Program-made: the position numbers and the translations under genes
Part shown: one piece after another, positions 46,513-56,233 of the stretch
Position numbering within the stretch: the stretch's first letter is position 1
Layout of the letters: each line of letters begins with the position of its first letter
Origin: Kiritimatiellia bacterium
Lineage (GTDB): Bacteria; Verrucomicrobiota; Kiritimatiellia; UBA8416; JABMPJ01
Length of the DNA: 64,000 nucleotides
Direction of reading: 5' to 3'
Assembly: GCA_030745755.1 (NCBI GenBank)
Contig: JASLOA010000034.1
Coordinates: 10,071 to 74,070 of the forward strand
Notes under the pieces: generated by a model
Told to the model about the DNA's origin: nothing
Databases searched by the model: none
What the model saw: the letters and a program-made list of their open reading frames with translations, nothing else

Positions 46513-47553
46513 ATGGAACTGCTGTTGGTCGTGGTTCGGATAGTCGTCGGCGTTTACGTCGGGCTGATGCTGTTGGTCTATCTTCGGCAGGCCAGTTACA
46601 TCTACTATCCCGAGAAGACCGTTGATCTCAATCCCTCCGACATCAACCTTGCCTTCCGTGATGTGTCCCTCACGACCGCTGACGGCGAGACAGTGACCGG
46701 ATGGTATGTGCCGGCCCCGAGTGAGGCGGATGCACCTGTGCTCCTCTTCTTTCATGGCAATGCCGGCAATATCGCCGGACGACTGGGCTCGATTCAGACG
46801 TTTCACGATCTTGGCCTCAACGTGCTGATCATCGACTACCACGGCTATGGCCAGAGCACCGGTAAGCCGAGCGAGAAGGGCACGATCCTCGATTCAGTCG
46901 CCGCGTGGGAGTATCTCACGGGGGATATGGGCATTACACCCGATCGCATCATAATCTTCGGGCGCTCGCTTGGAGGCGCCGTGGCCGTGGGCCTGGCAGC
47001 GCGACACACGCCGGGCATGCTTGTGGTGGAGTCGAGTTTTACATCCACGATGGATATGGGACAGCGCATGTTTCCTTACCTGCCGGTCCGCCTCCTTTCC
47101 CGGCATCCCTACGACAACGAAACAGCCATCCCGTCTGTGCCGTGTCCCGTACTGATTGCGCATGGCCCCGATGACGCTACCATCCCCTTCGCCTACGGCA
47201 AGCGCCTCTTCGAAGCCGCCAATGAACCGAAGCAGTTTGTCGAGCTGGCCGGCGGTCACAACGAGAGTGGGATGGACTACGATCGTGCTTATCGTGCTGT
47301 GTTCAAAGAATGGGTCGACAGATACGTTGCGGGTGGCCGTGGTCTGCGCCTCTGTTGTGGCCCGCAGCCGCCATGGCGATTGTCGTGTGGGGTTACTTGG
47401 GCGGCGGGCCGGCGATCTATGCGAAGCAGGGCGGCCGCTTGCCCTTACGCACCCGGCTGCTTCTCGCGCCCACGCGCTTTGCGCAACATCTCTCCTGGTT
47501 GCATTATCGACGGCATTGCCGTCCGTGGGACCACGTTGTGGATGGGGTATTGA
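46513..47553 (+). CDS. alpha/beta hydrolase (ABHD13/Bem46-like) with aberrant read-through tail
   Basis: FHGNAGN, DYHGYGQS, GRSLGG, HG..D and GGHN. The domain ends near 47330; the remaining ~75 aa overlap the next gene out of frame. Confidence 0.85.
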   Translation: MELLLVVVRIVVGVYVGLMLLVYLRQASYIYYPEKTVDLNPSDINLAFRDVSLTTADGETVTGWYVPAPSEADAPVLLFFHGNAGNIAGRLGSIQTFHDLGLNVLIIDYHGYGQSTGKPSEKGTILDSVAAWEYLTGDMGITPDRIIIFGRSLGGAVAVGLAARHTPGMLVVESSFTSTMDMGQRMFPYLPVRLLSRHPYDNETAIPSVPCPVLIAHGPDDATIPFAYGKRLFEAANEPKQFVELAGGHNESGMDYDRAYRAVFKEWVDRYVAGGRGLRLCCGPQPPWRLSCGVTWAAGRRSMRSRAAACPYAPGCFSRPRALRNISPGCIIDGIAVRGTTLWMGY

Positions 47554-47984
47554 TCGGGCGATTGCTTTCGGAGAGCGAATCCGAGGAGCTAATTCGAGAA
47601 GGAGTGGGGGCTGTTCTCGATCTGACCTGCGAGTTCTCCGAATCTGCCGCCCTCCGTGAGTTGCAATACCGGAACTGCCCCATCCTGGACCTGACGGCGC
47701 CGACCCCATCGCAGCTCCGTGAGGCCGTTGATTTCATGCACGGCAGAATAGCGGAAGGCGACACTGTCTATGTCCATTGCAAGGTAGGATACTCTCGGAC
47801 GGCAACAGTGGTGGGTGCCTATCTCATGGCCGCCGGCCTGTGCGAGACGGTTGAGGATGCCTTGGGCGTTCTCCGTAGCGCACGTCCGTCCATTGTTGTG
47901 AGGCCGGAGGCCCTGAGAGCTTTGAGGCAGTTCCACGCGGAAACTCTGGAGCGCTCGCTTGCGATCCAGCGTAAGAAGAAGTAG
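47310..47984 (+). pseudogene. dual-specificity phosphatase (YnbD-like C-terminal half), probably 5'-truncated
   Basis: VHCKVGYSRT (CX5R), VLDLTCE and PILD; begins mid-membrane segment inside the upstream ORF without a clear SD. Confidence 0.65.
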
Positions 47985-48040
47985 CTTCTTCTGTGCGTCC
48001 ATGATGAGGCGGTTTCTGAAGTTAGCGAGAGGTACCAGGC

Positions 48041-49291
48041 ATGTGGTCTGAATTTGGCAAGCGAATGGCATCCCACTCGGGGATTGGGGAGTTGATGGAT
48101 GACCTGGGCCGTGCGATGGCCGGGCAGGCTGACATGCTGATGCTGGGCGGGGGCAACCCAGCCGGCATTCCTGCGGTGCAGGAGGTCTGGCGGCAGGATA
48201 TGGCTGCGCTGCTGGAGGATGCCGATCGGTTCGACCGCATCATGTGTCACTATGATACGCCACAAGGGAATACGCGCTTCCTCGCCGCGGTGGCCAAGCT
48301 CTTTCGCGATCAGTACGGTTGGGAGATTGGGCCGGAGAATGTGGCTGTCACCAACAGCAGTCAGAACGCCTATTTCATGCTCCTCAACATGCTGGCCGGC
48401 CAGTGTGAAGATGGATCACAGAAGAAGATCCTCCTCCCGGTGGCGCCCGAGTATATCGGCTATGCCGACCAGGGGCTGAGCGACGACATGTTCGTGGCCT
48501 GCAAACCCGTGATCACCGAGATCGGAGATCACGAGTTCAAGTACCACGTCGATTTCGACAACCTGGTCATCGGGGACGACATCGGCGCGGTTTGCGTATC
48601 CCGCCCCACGAACCCGACCGGCAACGTGCTCACGGATGAAGAAGTCCAGCGCCTGGCCGCCATGACGAAGGAGCGAGGTATTCCGCTGCTGATCGACAGT
48701 GCTTACGGCGCCCCGTTCCCAAATATCATTTTCGGTGACGTCACGCCCTTCTGGGATGAGCATGTCATCCTCACGCTGAGCCTGTCAAAACTCGGACTGC
48801 CCGGGACCCGAACCGGCGTCGTGATCGCGTCGGAAGAGGTGATCAAGGCGGTCGCATCCGCCAATGCCATCATCAGTCTGGCCAGCGGCAATATCGGACA
48901 GGCCCTCGTGGTCTCGCACATGGAGAGTGGGCGTATCCTTAAGCTCAGCCGCGAGATCGTACGTCCATTCTACGAGAAACGGTTACACCAGGCGCTCGGC
49001 TGGGTAGACGAGTCGTTCGACAAGAGCCTGCCCTGGCGCCTGCACACCTGCGAAGGTGCGCTGTTTCTCTGGCTGTGGTGTCGCGACATGCCGATCGACT
49101 CATGCGAGTTCTATGAGCGCCTGAAGAAGCGCGGCGTCCTAGTCGTGCCGGGCCATTACTTCTTTTACGGCCTCGGCGACGACTGGCCCCACCGACACGA
49201 GTGTATCCGCATCAACTACTCGCAGCCCGAAGCCACCGTCCGCGAAGGCCTCCGCATTATCGCGGAGGAGATGCGCACCGTATACGGATAA
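48041..49291 (+). CDS. avtA: valine--pyruvate aminotransferase
   Basis: SGIGELMDDL, MLGGGNPA, PEYIGYAD, SRPTNPTGNV and SLSKLGLPGTRTG. Confidence 0.93.
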   Translation: MWSEFGKRMASHSGIGELMDDLGRAMAGQADMLMLGGGNPAGIPAVQEVWRQDMAALLEDADRFDRIMCHYDTPQGNTRFLAAVAKLFRDQYGWEIGPENVAVTNSSQNAYFMLLNMLAGQCEDGSQKKILLPVAPEYIGYADQGLSDDMFVACKPVITEIGDHEFKYHVDFDNLVIGDDIGAVCVSRPTNPTGNVLTDEEVQRLAAMTKERGIPLLIDSAYGAPFPNIIFGDVTPFWDEHVILTLSLSKLGLPGTRTGVVIASEEVIKAVASANAIISLASGNIGQALVVSHMESGRILKLSREIVRPFYEKRLHQALGWVDESFDKSLPWRLHTCEGALFLWLWCRDMPIDSCEFYERLKKRGVLVVPGHYFFYGLGDDWPHRHECIRINYSQPEATVREGLRIIAEEMRTVYG

Positions 49292-49434
49292 GCGGCTTGC
49301 ATTGATTGGCCGCTTCGGTTATCACCTCCCGCGCCGCGGAGATTCTTTGCCGTGGCGCGAGCCGCGATCAGCGGCGCTTTCTTTTCCACGCGTCCGGCGG
49401 GTAGAGATCAACACAATGCCGGACCAGGAATACC

Positions 49435-50757
49435 ATGCAGAAGAAACAGACTCAGGAATCGTGCCCTCGTACGAGCGACAAACGATCAGACTCACAGCTT
49501 CAGCTTGAGGGCGTCTTCGTAGACCTTGATCCCCGGATTCAACGCGCCGTGGCGGCAGAAGGGTATGTCTCCCCGACGCCCATCCAGGAGCAGTGCATTC
49601 CGCATCTACTGGAAGGGCGGGACCTTCTCGGAAGCGCCCAGACGGGCACAGGGAAAACAGCCGCATTCTCGCTGCCGCTTCTCGAGCGCCTGGCCACGCG
49701 TTCGCGTCGGCCTGCGAAGGGAACGCCTCGCGCATTGATCATGGCTCCAACACGCGAGCTGGCAGCGCAGATCGGTGAGAGTATCCGCACCTACGGCCGG
49801 TTCCTGTCTATCAGTCACACGGTGGTCTTTGGCGGTGTGAATCAGTTCTCACAGGTTAAAGCGCTCAATCGTGGTGTGGATGTTCTTGTGGCAACGCCGG
49901 GCCGACTGCTCGACCTGATGGGACAGGGCCACATCCATCTTGAACAGGTCGAGGTCTTCATATTGGATGAGGTCGACCGTATGCTCGATATGGGGTTCCT
50001 GCCCGATATCAAGCGCGTGCTGCAGAAGGTCCCGACAGATCGCCAGACGCTTTTCTTCTCGGCCACCCTGCCGCCCAAGATGGTGACCCTGGCTCATAGC
50101 ATGGTGCGTGATCCGGTACGGGTCACAATCACTCCAGACAAACCGGCCGTGGAGAGCATTGATCAGAAGGTCCTTTTTGTCGGCAAGAAAAACAAGGACG
50201 CCTTACTGGTGTCGCTGCTGAAGGAACAAGGCGTCGGCAAGGTGCTTGTTTTCACACAGATGAAGCACGCCGCCAACAAGGTAACGGAGAAACTCGCTGC
50301 CGCGGGCATTCGCGGTGCGGCCATCCATGGCAACAAGAGTCAGAGTGCCCGGACGCGTGCGTTGGACGGTTTCAGAAGCGGTCGAATTCGTGTATTGGTA
50401 GCGACGGATGTCGCCGCACGTGGCCTGGACGTGGACGATATCACGCATGTGATCAACTATGATCTGCCGATGGAAGCGGAGACCTATGTACACCGCATCG
50501 GACGCACGGCACGTGCGGGGGCCGATGGTGATGCGATCTCGTTCTGTTGCGCCGAGGACCGGTCCTTCCTGCGCGACATTGAGAAACTCCTCGGTCAGCC
50601 GGTGCCGGCCCAGATGGAGCACGCCTATCACTGCAACGACTCCTTCCACTCCACGCTACCCGCGCCCAAGAACTTCGGCCGCGGCCGCAGCGGCCGCCCA
50701 AGAAATCGCAGCAACGCAGCGCGCCCCAGTCATCGACGTCCACGAAGGCGCCGCTAG
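49435..50757 (+). CDS. DEAD-box RNA helicase (RhlE-like)
   Basis: AQTGTGKT, PTRELA, DEVD, SAT, IHGNKSQ and HRIGRTARAG. Confidence 0.93.
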   Translation: MQKKQTQESCPRTSDKRSDSQLQLEGVFVDLDPRIQRAVAAEGYVSPTPIQEQCIPHLLEGRDLLGSAQTGTGKTAAFSLPLLERLATRSRRPAKGTPRALIMAPTRELAAQIGESIRTYGRFLSISHTVVFGGVNQFSQVKALNRGVDVLVATPGRLLDLMGQGHIHLEQVEVFILDEVDRMLDMGFLPDIKRVLQKVPTDRQTLFFSATLPPKMVTLAHSMVRDPVRVTITPDKPAVESIDQKVLFVGKKNKDALLVSLLKEQGVGKVLVFTQMKHAANKVTEKLAAAGIRGAAIHGNKSQSARTRALDGFRSGRIRVLVATDVAARGLDVDDITHVINYDLPMEAETYVHRIGRTARAGADGDAISFCCAEDRSFLRDIEKLLGQPVPAQMEHAYHCNDSFHSTLPAPKNFGRGRSGRPRNRSNAARPSHRRPRRRR

Positions 50758-50802
50758 TGCCGAATGCCGCTCAGATAAGCTTTATCTCGGGCAGACGGTG
50801 AT

Positions 50803-50904
50803 TCCCAGGGGTTTCGCCCCTGGCTATGATGTTAGACCCCTTTGGGGTCCTTTCGGAACACCCCAAAGGGGTGTCCCATCATAGCCCAGCGAGAATCGCT
50901 GGGA
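50803..50904. repeat. multi-hairpin REP-like element, copy 3
   Basis: CCAGGGG-tttcg-CCCCTGG, GCTATGATG...CATCATAGC and CCCAGCGAGAATCGCTGGG. Confidence 0.8.
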
Positions 50905-50984
50905 CCAGATCGTATTCATCCCAACCCCGTCTTACCGAGTGCCCTCTCTCTCCTCGCGCCTATGCTCTACACCGGTTTCGCCGG

Positions 50985-51221
50985 TCAGTAGTTGAACAGG
51001 TCGGCCAGGCTGTACGTCTGACCTGTGGCGGCGTTCAGGGCGTTCACGAGTTTGAACTGCACGTTGCGGGTCAGGCGGCGGCCTTTGCAGCCACGCGCCA
51101 CCATCTTGTGTGTGATCTGCTCAGTCGATGCCTCCACAAGATCGTGAGCCTTCAGTTCCTTCTCAAGCATGATCGTCGCGATCGGCTGCTCTCCCAGGTT
51201 GCGTTCGATATCTCTGTGCAT
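50985..51221 (-). CDS. 78-aa hypothetical protein, possibly HTH-like
   Basis: SD AGGAG; a diverged paralog at 56234-56432 keeps most of the amino acids, which supports coding status. Confidence 0.8.
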   Translation of the reverse strand: MHRDIERNLGEQPIATIMLEKELKAHDLVEASTEQITHKMVARGCKGRRLTRNVQFKLVNALNAATGQTYSLADLFNY

Positions 51222-51314
51222 AGTCTCCTGTCAACATCATGAAGTGGATTGTTTTGAGCCGGAATGGTAGCAAATGCAGCCACCGCTGTCACGAGCCGTG
51301 ACGTGAAGAGTAAA

Positions 51315-51530
51315 CAGGACTATCCCCACTTTTCAAGCCTTGGGAAGCGGATAGCCCTGTAAAGACTGGGATTTCGTGAGTGAGTAAGTGAAACAGGGCT
51401 TTGCCGTCAAGCCAGGCCTGAGATGCCTCGGCTTCGCTCGGCATGACCAGAAACCTTAGGAAACTGTCATCCCGAGCGGAGTCGAGGGATCTCCTATGCG
51501 TCTCTGGCGTGAAAATTGGGGAATGTCCAG
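51315..51530. mobile_element. MITE-like element family I, copy 2 (216 bp)
   Basis: CAGGACTATCCCCAC...TTGGGGAATGTCCAG flanked by perfect 10-bp direct repeat GAAGAGTAAA (51305-51314, 51531-51540). Confidence 0.82.
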
Positions 51531-51855
51531 GAAGAGTAAAACAAGGAAGAGTAAAACATTGACTCAGAGCCCGTCTTTTGAGATCATTTCAATTAATCCA
51601 TTGGTTTACAGCCGGGTAAGCTGGCGTTCTTTCACATCATGGTGAGTGTTCCTTTCCGAAAAGGAAGGTGACAGCCGTCTTGCATTGGCTGCTACGCGGA
51701 CAACAGCTCCGCGCCAATGGCTTTGACATCCAGAAGGCACTGCTTCGGGCTTCCCGCGCCACGCGCGGCCAGTCGCTCTGAGGCAACCTCGATTATGAAC
51801 ATCGGGTAAATTGCCCTGAAATCGTTCCATAGCTTGGAACGATCGTGGAAAGGAA

Positions 51856-54800
51856 ATGACCATGAGAAGAACACGTGTAATCATCACTGTACTCGTTACG
51901 TTGCTCATCGCTGCAGGAACACCGGCTATGGCTGGGTTCTGTGTACACGATGGTGCAACCGTATCCCCTGACCCAAGCGGAACGGTGTATCCATGGACGC
52001 GTCTCGCAGTCTATTTCAACATGGGGTATGCGGATGATTACTCCCACATTGCCGAGGCGTACCTTCGATACACGTTTGATGACTCGACTTGGAATAACAC
52101 GAGTGGAGTCCTTGCAGATGCTGGCGAGAACGATGGTTCTGGAAATTCTAGCTGTGGCGAAGGAGACAACTGGAGGGTTAAGGGCCACATACCAGCGCCT
52201 GGGCGGAACTCTAGCAGCAGCAACTTCAAGTTTACGTACTATGGCCGAAACAGTTGGGATCCTGGGGATTGGAGATTTGAAGCGTGGGCAATCTCTGGCT
52301 ACGATGCCAACACAGGAAATGTGCAGTGGGATTCAGATGGAGCTTTTCACGACCCAAGCACACAGGTAGACGGTAAGAGCTACTATTACGTGACGCGCCA
52401 GGGGGAGGACGCTACGACGACGAGTTTCTATGATGACGAGGTAGCCGTTCTTCGCGCACGTGCCTTCAAGGAAGATGTCAGCGTCCTGACCCTGCGACAC
52501 ACCGGAAATTGGTCGGGTACGGCCATGACCTATCTCTCTGGTGCGGACCATGATAACGAGACTGACTTTGACGATTCCTACACGGTCGAGTTCTGGGAAG
52601 GAGCTCTGTCCGGTGACGATTGGTCGACCGCCATCGATAGCTACGGCGGTACGTTGTCATACAACATCAAGTACACGGACAACGGGTCGCCGAACGACGA
52701 AGACTATCTCAAGTCCGGAGGTATGGCAGACGGAGCTGGCGACGGCACCGATTTCACGATCACGGTGCAGGACGATGATACGACCGCGCCGCAGTTCGTG
52801 AAGGAGTCGGGCACTGTGGACACGTATGGTCCCATGCGGATACTCTTGGACACCGATGATCTGCGAGAGCGTGGGAACGGCCTGGGAACAAAAGAGTTCG
52901 ATGTCACGGATAATGACCTTGCCAGTTTGAGCAGCGACAACAAGCTTATATTCAAATTCGCCGCCTACGATGCGGAATCCGGTTTGCAGCGAAGCAGAAC
53001 TGGCGGCTCCAGCACGAACATGAGCTACGACATTGGAACGATGGCTGGATTCTTACAGGACCTTAACGGAACCTATGTTGCGAGCAGTTCATCGGCCGGC
53101 ACCAACTCGGCCACGGCGAAGTGGAGCGTGTTCGAACACACAAACGCTTTCCAAAAAGCCGAAATCACGCAGCTCTATACGAATATGCTGCAGGGGTCTC
53201 AGGGGAAGAACAAGATCCGGTGCTCGATCTATGACGCTGATCATGACCGCACCGGGGATGCGAGATATGACGAAGACGACCAAATGGGCTACCTCAATGT
53301 GCTCGATCAGGACAGCGCCGCCCCGACAATCGTGAAGATAGGATCACCCGAAGAGTCTGCTAAACGATACCTGCATGCCTCACTCGGGGGGACAGTGCTC
53401 TCCAGCTCCGGCCCAGCCAACACCAACAAGATCTACACGATCACGGATAGCGAACTCGCGGGCGTGAATGGCAGTGGCAATGAGTTGAAGCTGTATTTTG
53501 GCGCCATCGATGCGGGTTCCGGCCTCGCGCGTAGCGCCGGTGGGTCGGCCGACACCGATATGAACATCGATATCGGACCGGTCATTACGGACAACTACGC
53601 GCAGTATGACAGCGGCCTGAGCACCGATTTCGAGGGGACGAAGTCTGGCAAGGCGACTAATGCCTGGAAGTTCATCGATTTCACCGACTCCCAGATCGAG
53701 AACCTGTTGACCAATGCGGTTGGCGGTGTAGGCACCAATCTGGTAGCCGCCTCGTTGATCGATACGGATGACGATCGCGACGACGACCGCTCGATTCTGA
53801 CGAATCAGCAGTACGGATTCCTCGTGGTGAGCGACGACGATCCCGACGCGCCCACGCTTGAGGGGATGCGCGTAGACTACAACGGGAGTGAGCTTTCGAA
53901 TTCCGGAAGTGGCACGAATGTGATCTACACAGTCACCGACGCGCAGCTCTCGGACATTTCTGGCAAGACGCTGGCATTCAAGTTCGCGGTATGGGACGCC
54001 AGTGGGCTCTCCCGCAACAACGTCGATAACTTCCTGGAAGACATGAACTACGATATCGGCACCGATTACACGGGGGACCTGTCTGAGCTGGACAATATAA
54101 ATGTGACCTACTCGGCGGGTGACTCCGCCGCCGGTACCAACTCGGGAACGGCCGAGTACAGCGTGTTCATCCATAACGGCAACTTCGAGCGGCCGGAGAT
54201 CGCACACCTCGTTGCCGAGGACGACCAGGGAACAACCGGCAAGAACGCGATCCTGATCTCTGCTCCGGATAATGATCGCGACTACGGAACTGCTGATCAG
54301 GCTTGGCGTGCGAACGAGCGGATCGGTTTCCTGCAGGTCAACGACGATGATCCGGACGCGCCGGTGTTAGCTAACCCGACCTGGATAAATGATAAGCTGC
54401 GCATGGACATCACGGATGCCGGTAGCGGCCTTGGTTCCCCTATCTATATGGAATATGACGACAATGCGTTCATCTACGGTGCGCACAACACGGTGGGTAT
54501 GACAAATATCGGGGGCGATACCTACGAGATGTTGATCGCCGTCGATACGAACTACGTGCCAGGCAAGACGATCTACTACCGCGTTTTTGCCCCCGACGCT
54601 GACGACGAGTATGATGGCGATGCGGCACAGGGCGTCTACAGCAACACCACGCTATTCGGACTCGATGCCCCCGTTGCCAGCGCGGCTACGTCCACGAATG
54701 ACACCAGCTTCACCGCATCCTGGGCAGCCGTGACCGGGGCGGACGATGGGTATCGGCTGGATGTGAGTGTTTCGGCCGTATTTGAAGGTCCGATCGATAC

Positions 54801-55635
54801 GGACTTCGAAGATGAAGATCTGAGCGGGTGGACGCAAAGCACAGCGGATCGCTTCGCAGCGACCAACGATGGCGCTATCTCTGGTTCCATCTCTCTGCAC
54901 CACGTCTACGACGGATCTGCCGGGAAGGATCAGATCTCGTACTCAACCGATGGCCTCGATGTCACGGCTGCGCCGACAACATGGCAGTTCCAACTCAAGC
55001 ATGGGAACAATCCTTCTGCAAACAACTGCTGGGGTGTTATGCTTCTATCGGATGCTGCCGCGGCTGAAATACACCCGAGTGGTTCCGTGCATGGCTATGC
55101 TGCCGCCGTGAACTGGGGAACCACATCTGATGATCTTCTGAAGATCTACAAAGTCAATGGTGGCTCGGGTACAACGGTTCTGGACACGGGGTTGGACTGG
55201 CAGTCGACGATCACGTCGTCTGGAACGGCTGGCGTAGAAGTCCAGCGCACAGCAGCTGGATCGTGGTCCGTCAAAGTAGACACCGATGGCGGATTCGACA
55301 ACTTGGTCGCTCAGGGCGGATCGGCGGTCAACACCGACTTCACTAATGCCTCCCACTTCGGGGTTTACTACGGGTACACGGCTTCGGGTGATCAGAAACT
55401 GTGGATTGATGACATCAGCATTACGCAGCCGGGACTGTATGTCACGGGTTACTCCAACAAGACGGTTAGCGGCACAAGCGCGGCAGTTTCGGGCTTGTCA
55501 GCTGAGACGACCTACTACTATCGCCTGCGCGCTGCCAGCACGGATGGTGCGTTGAGCGATAACTCGAACACGATCACCGTGAACACCCTGGCTGATCAGG
55601 GGGCGAACGCCGGTTCGATGTTCCTGTTCAGGTAA
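51856..55635 (+). CDS. large secreted Asp/Gly/Thr-rich repeat protein with C-terminal FN3 domain
   Basis: Signal peptide (..TPAMA), three ~175-aa repeats delimited by D.D..AP, FN3 motifs (FTASW, GYRLDV, GLSAETTYYYRLRA) and terminal GSMFLFR. Confidence 0.88.
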   Translation: MTMRRTRVIITVLVTLLIAAGTPAMAGFCVHDGATVSPDPSGTVYPWTRLAVYFNMGYADDYSHIAEAYLRYTFDDSTWNNTSGVLADAGENDGSGNSSCGEGDNWRVKGHIPAPGRNSSSSNFKFTYYGRNSWDPGDWRFEAWAISGYDANTGNVQWDSDGAFHDPSTQVDGKSYYYVTRQGEDATTTSFYDDEVAVLRARAFKEDVSVLTLRHTGNWSGTAMTYLSGADHDNETDFDDSYTVEFWEGALSGDDWSTAIDSYGGTLSYNIKYTDNGSPNDEDYLKSGGMADGAGDGTDFTITVQDDDTTAPQFVKESGTVDTYGPMRILLDTDDLRERGNGLGTKEFDVTDNDLASLSSDNKLIFKFAAYDAESGLQRSRTGGSSTNMSYDIGTMAGFLQDLNGTYVASSSSAGTNSATAKWSVFEHTNAFQKAEITQLYTNMLQGSQGKNKIRCSIYDADHDRTGDARYDEDDQMGYLNVLDQDSAAPTIVKIGSPEESAKRYLHASLGGTVLSSSGPANTNKIYTITDSELAGVNGSGNELKLYFGAIDAGSGLARSAGGSADTDMNIDIGPVITDNYAQYDSGLSTDFEGTKSGKATNAWKFIDFTDSQIENLLTNAVGGVGTNLVAASLIDTDDDRDDDRSILTNQQYGFLVVSDDDPDAPTLEGMRVDYNGSELSNSGSGTNVIYTVTDAQLSDISGKTLAFKFAVWDASGLSRNNVDNFLEDMNYDIGTDYTGDLSELDNINVTYSAGDSAAGTNSGTAEYSVFIHNGNFERPEIAHLVAEDDQGTTGKNAILISAPDNDRDYGTADQAWRANERIGFLQVNDDDPDAPVLANPTWINDKLRMDITDAGSGLGSPIYMEYDDNAFIYGAHNTVGMTNIGGDTYEMLIAVDTNYVPGKTIYYRVFAPDADDEYDGDAAQGVYSNTTLFGLDAPVASAATSTNDTSFTASWAAVTGADDGYRLDVSVSAVFEGPIDTDFEDEDLSGWTQSTADRFAATNDGAISGSISLHHVYDGSAGKDQISYSTDGLDVTAAPTTWQFQLKHGNNPSANNCWGVMLLSDAAAAEIHPSGSVHGYAAAVNWGTTSDDLLKIYKVNGGSGTTVLDTGLDWQSTITSSGTAGVEVQRTAAGSWSVKVDTDGGFDNLVAQGGSAVNTDFTNASHFGVYYGYTASGDQKLWIDDISITQPGLYVTGYSNKTVSGTSAAVSGLSAETTYYYRLRAASTDGALSDNSNTITVNTLADQGANAGSMFLFR

Positions 55636-55649
55636 GAAGCTGTTTCCTG

Positions 55650-55676
55650 TCACGGCGGGGCAATGCCCCGCCGTGA
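55650..55676. terminator. hairpin between convergent genes (possible bidirectional terminator)
   Basis: TCACGGCGGGGCA-A-TGCCCCGCCGTGA inverted repeat; no strong U-tract. Confidence 0.55.
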
Positions 55677-55711
55677 ATGGAAAGCCAGATGACGGGTGTC
55701 AACGCTTCCTG

Positions 55712-56188
55712 CTATACTTTCGCCAAGATGACGAGGTAGTTCTTGCCGTACTTCTTGGCGCATTTCGGACAGGTCGTGTAGAAGAAGTAGAGCTTTTCCG
55801 CTTTCTTGCCCTGGCTCGATGCGTAGGTGTTCATCTCCTCGATCCACTGGCGCATGTTCTTGTAGGGACCTTCGAAGACTTTGGTCAGGAATGTCCCGGA
55901 GATGGTTGCCATGTTGGCGCCTGGCACATCGTCGCTCGCGGCGATGTAGACGTCGGCTCCCCATAGCGAGTTTTCGTCTGACAGAACCAGTGGTGGCTCT
56001 TCGAACGCTTCGACGGCTTTGATGGGCTCGACATTGCGTGTCATCACGGCGCCGAAGTTCAATGGGATGTGCAAGAAGCTCTTCACGCGATCCTTGACGA
56101 AGAGCTTCTCATCCCAATGCAGTTCCTTGCCTTCCCACGGCTCCGGCTCGAAGCGGGGACAGCATTCATCTGTGTCACATGTGCCCAT
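55712..56188 (-). CDS. conserved hypothetical protein, GyrI-like with Cys motifs
   Basis: SD GGGAGG; ECCPRF, TKVFEGPY and YTTCPKCAKKYGKNY. Confidence 0.8.
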   Translation of the reverse strand: MGTCDTDECCPRFEPEPWEGKELHWDEKLFVKDRVKSFLHIPLNFGAVMTRNVEPIKAVEAFEEPPLVLSDENSLWGADVYIAASDDVPGANMATISGTFLTKVFEGPYKNMRQWIEEMNTYASSQGKKAEKLYFFYTTCPKCAKKYGKNYLVILAKV

Positions 56189-56233
56189 GACTTTACCTCC
56201 CTGGTAGATGACCCGCAGGTCGCTTTCCTCTTA

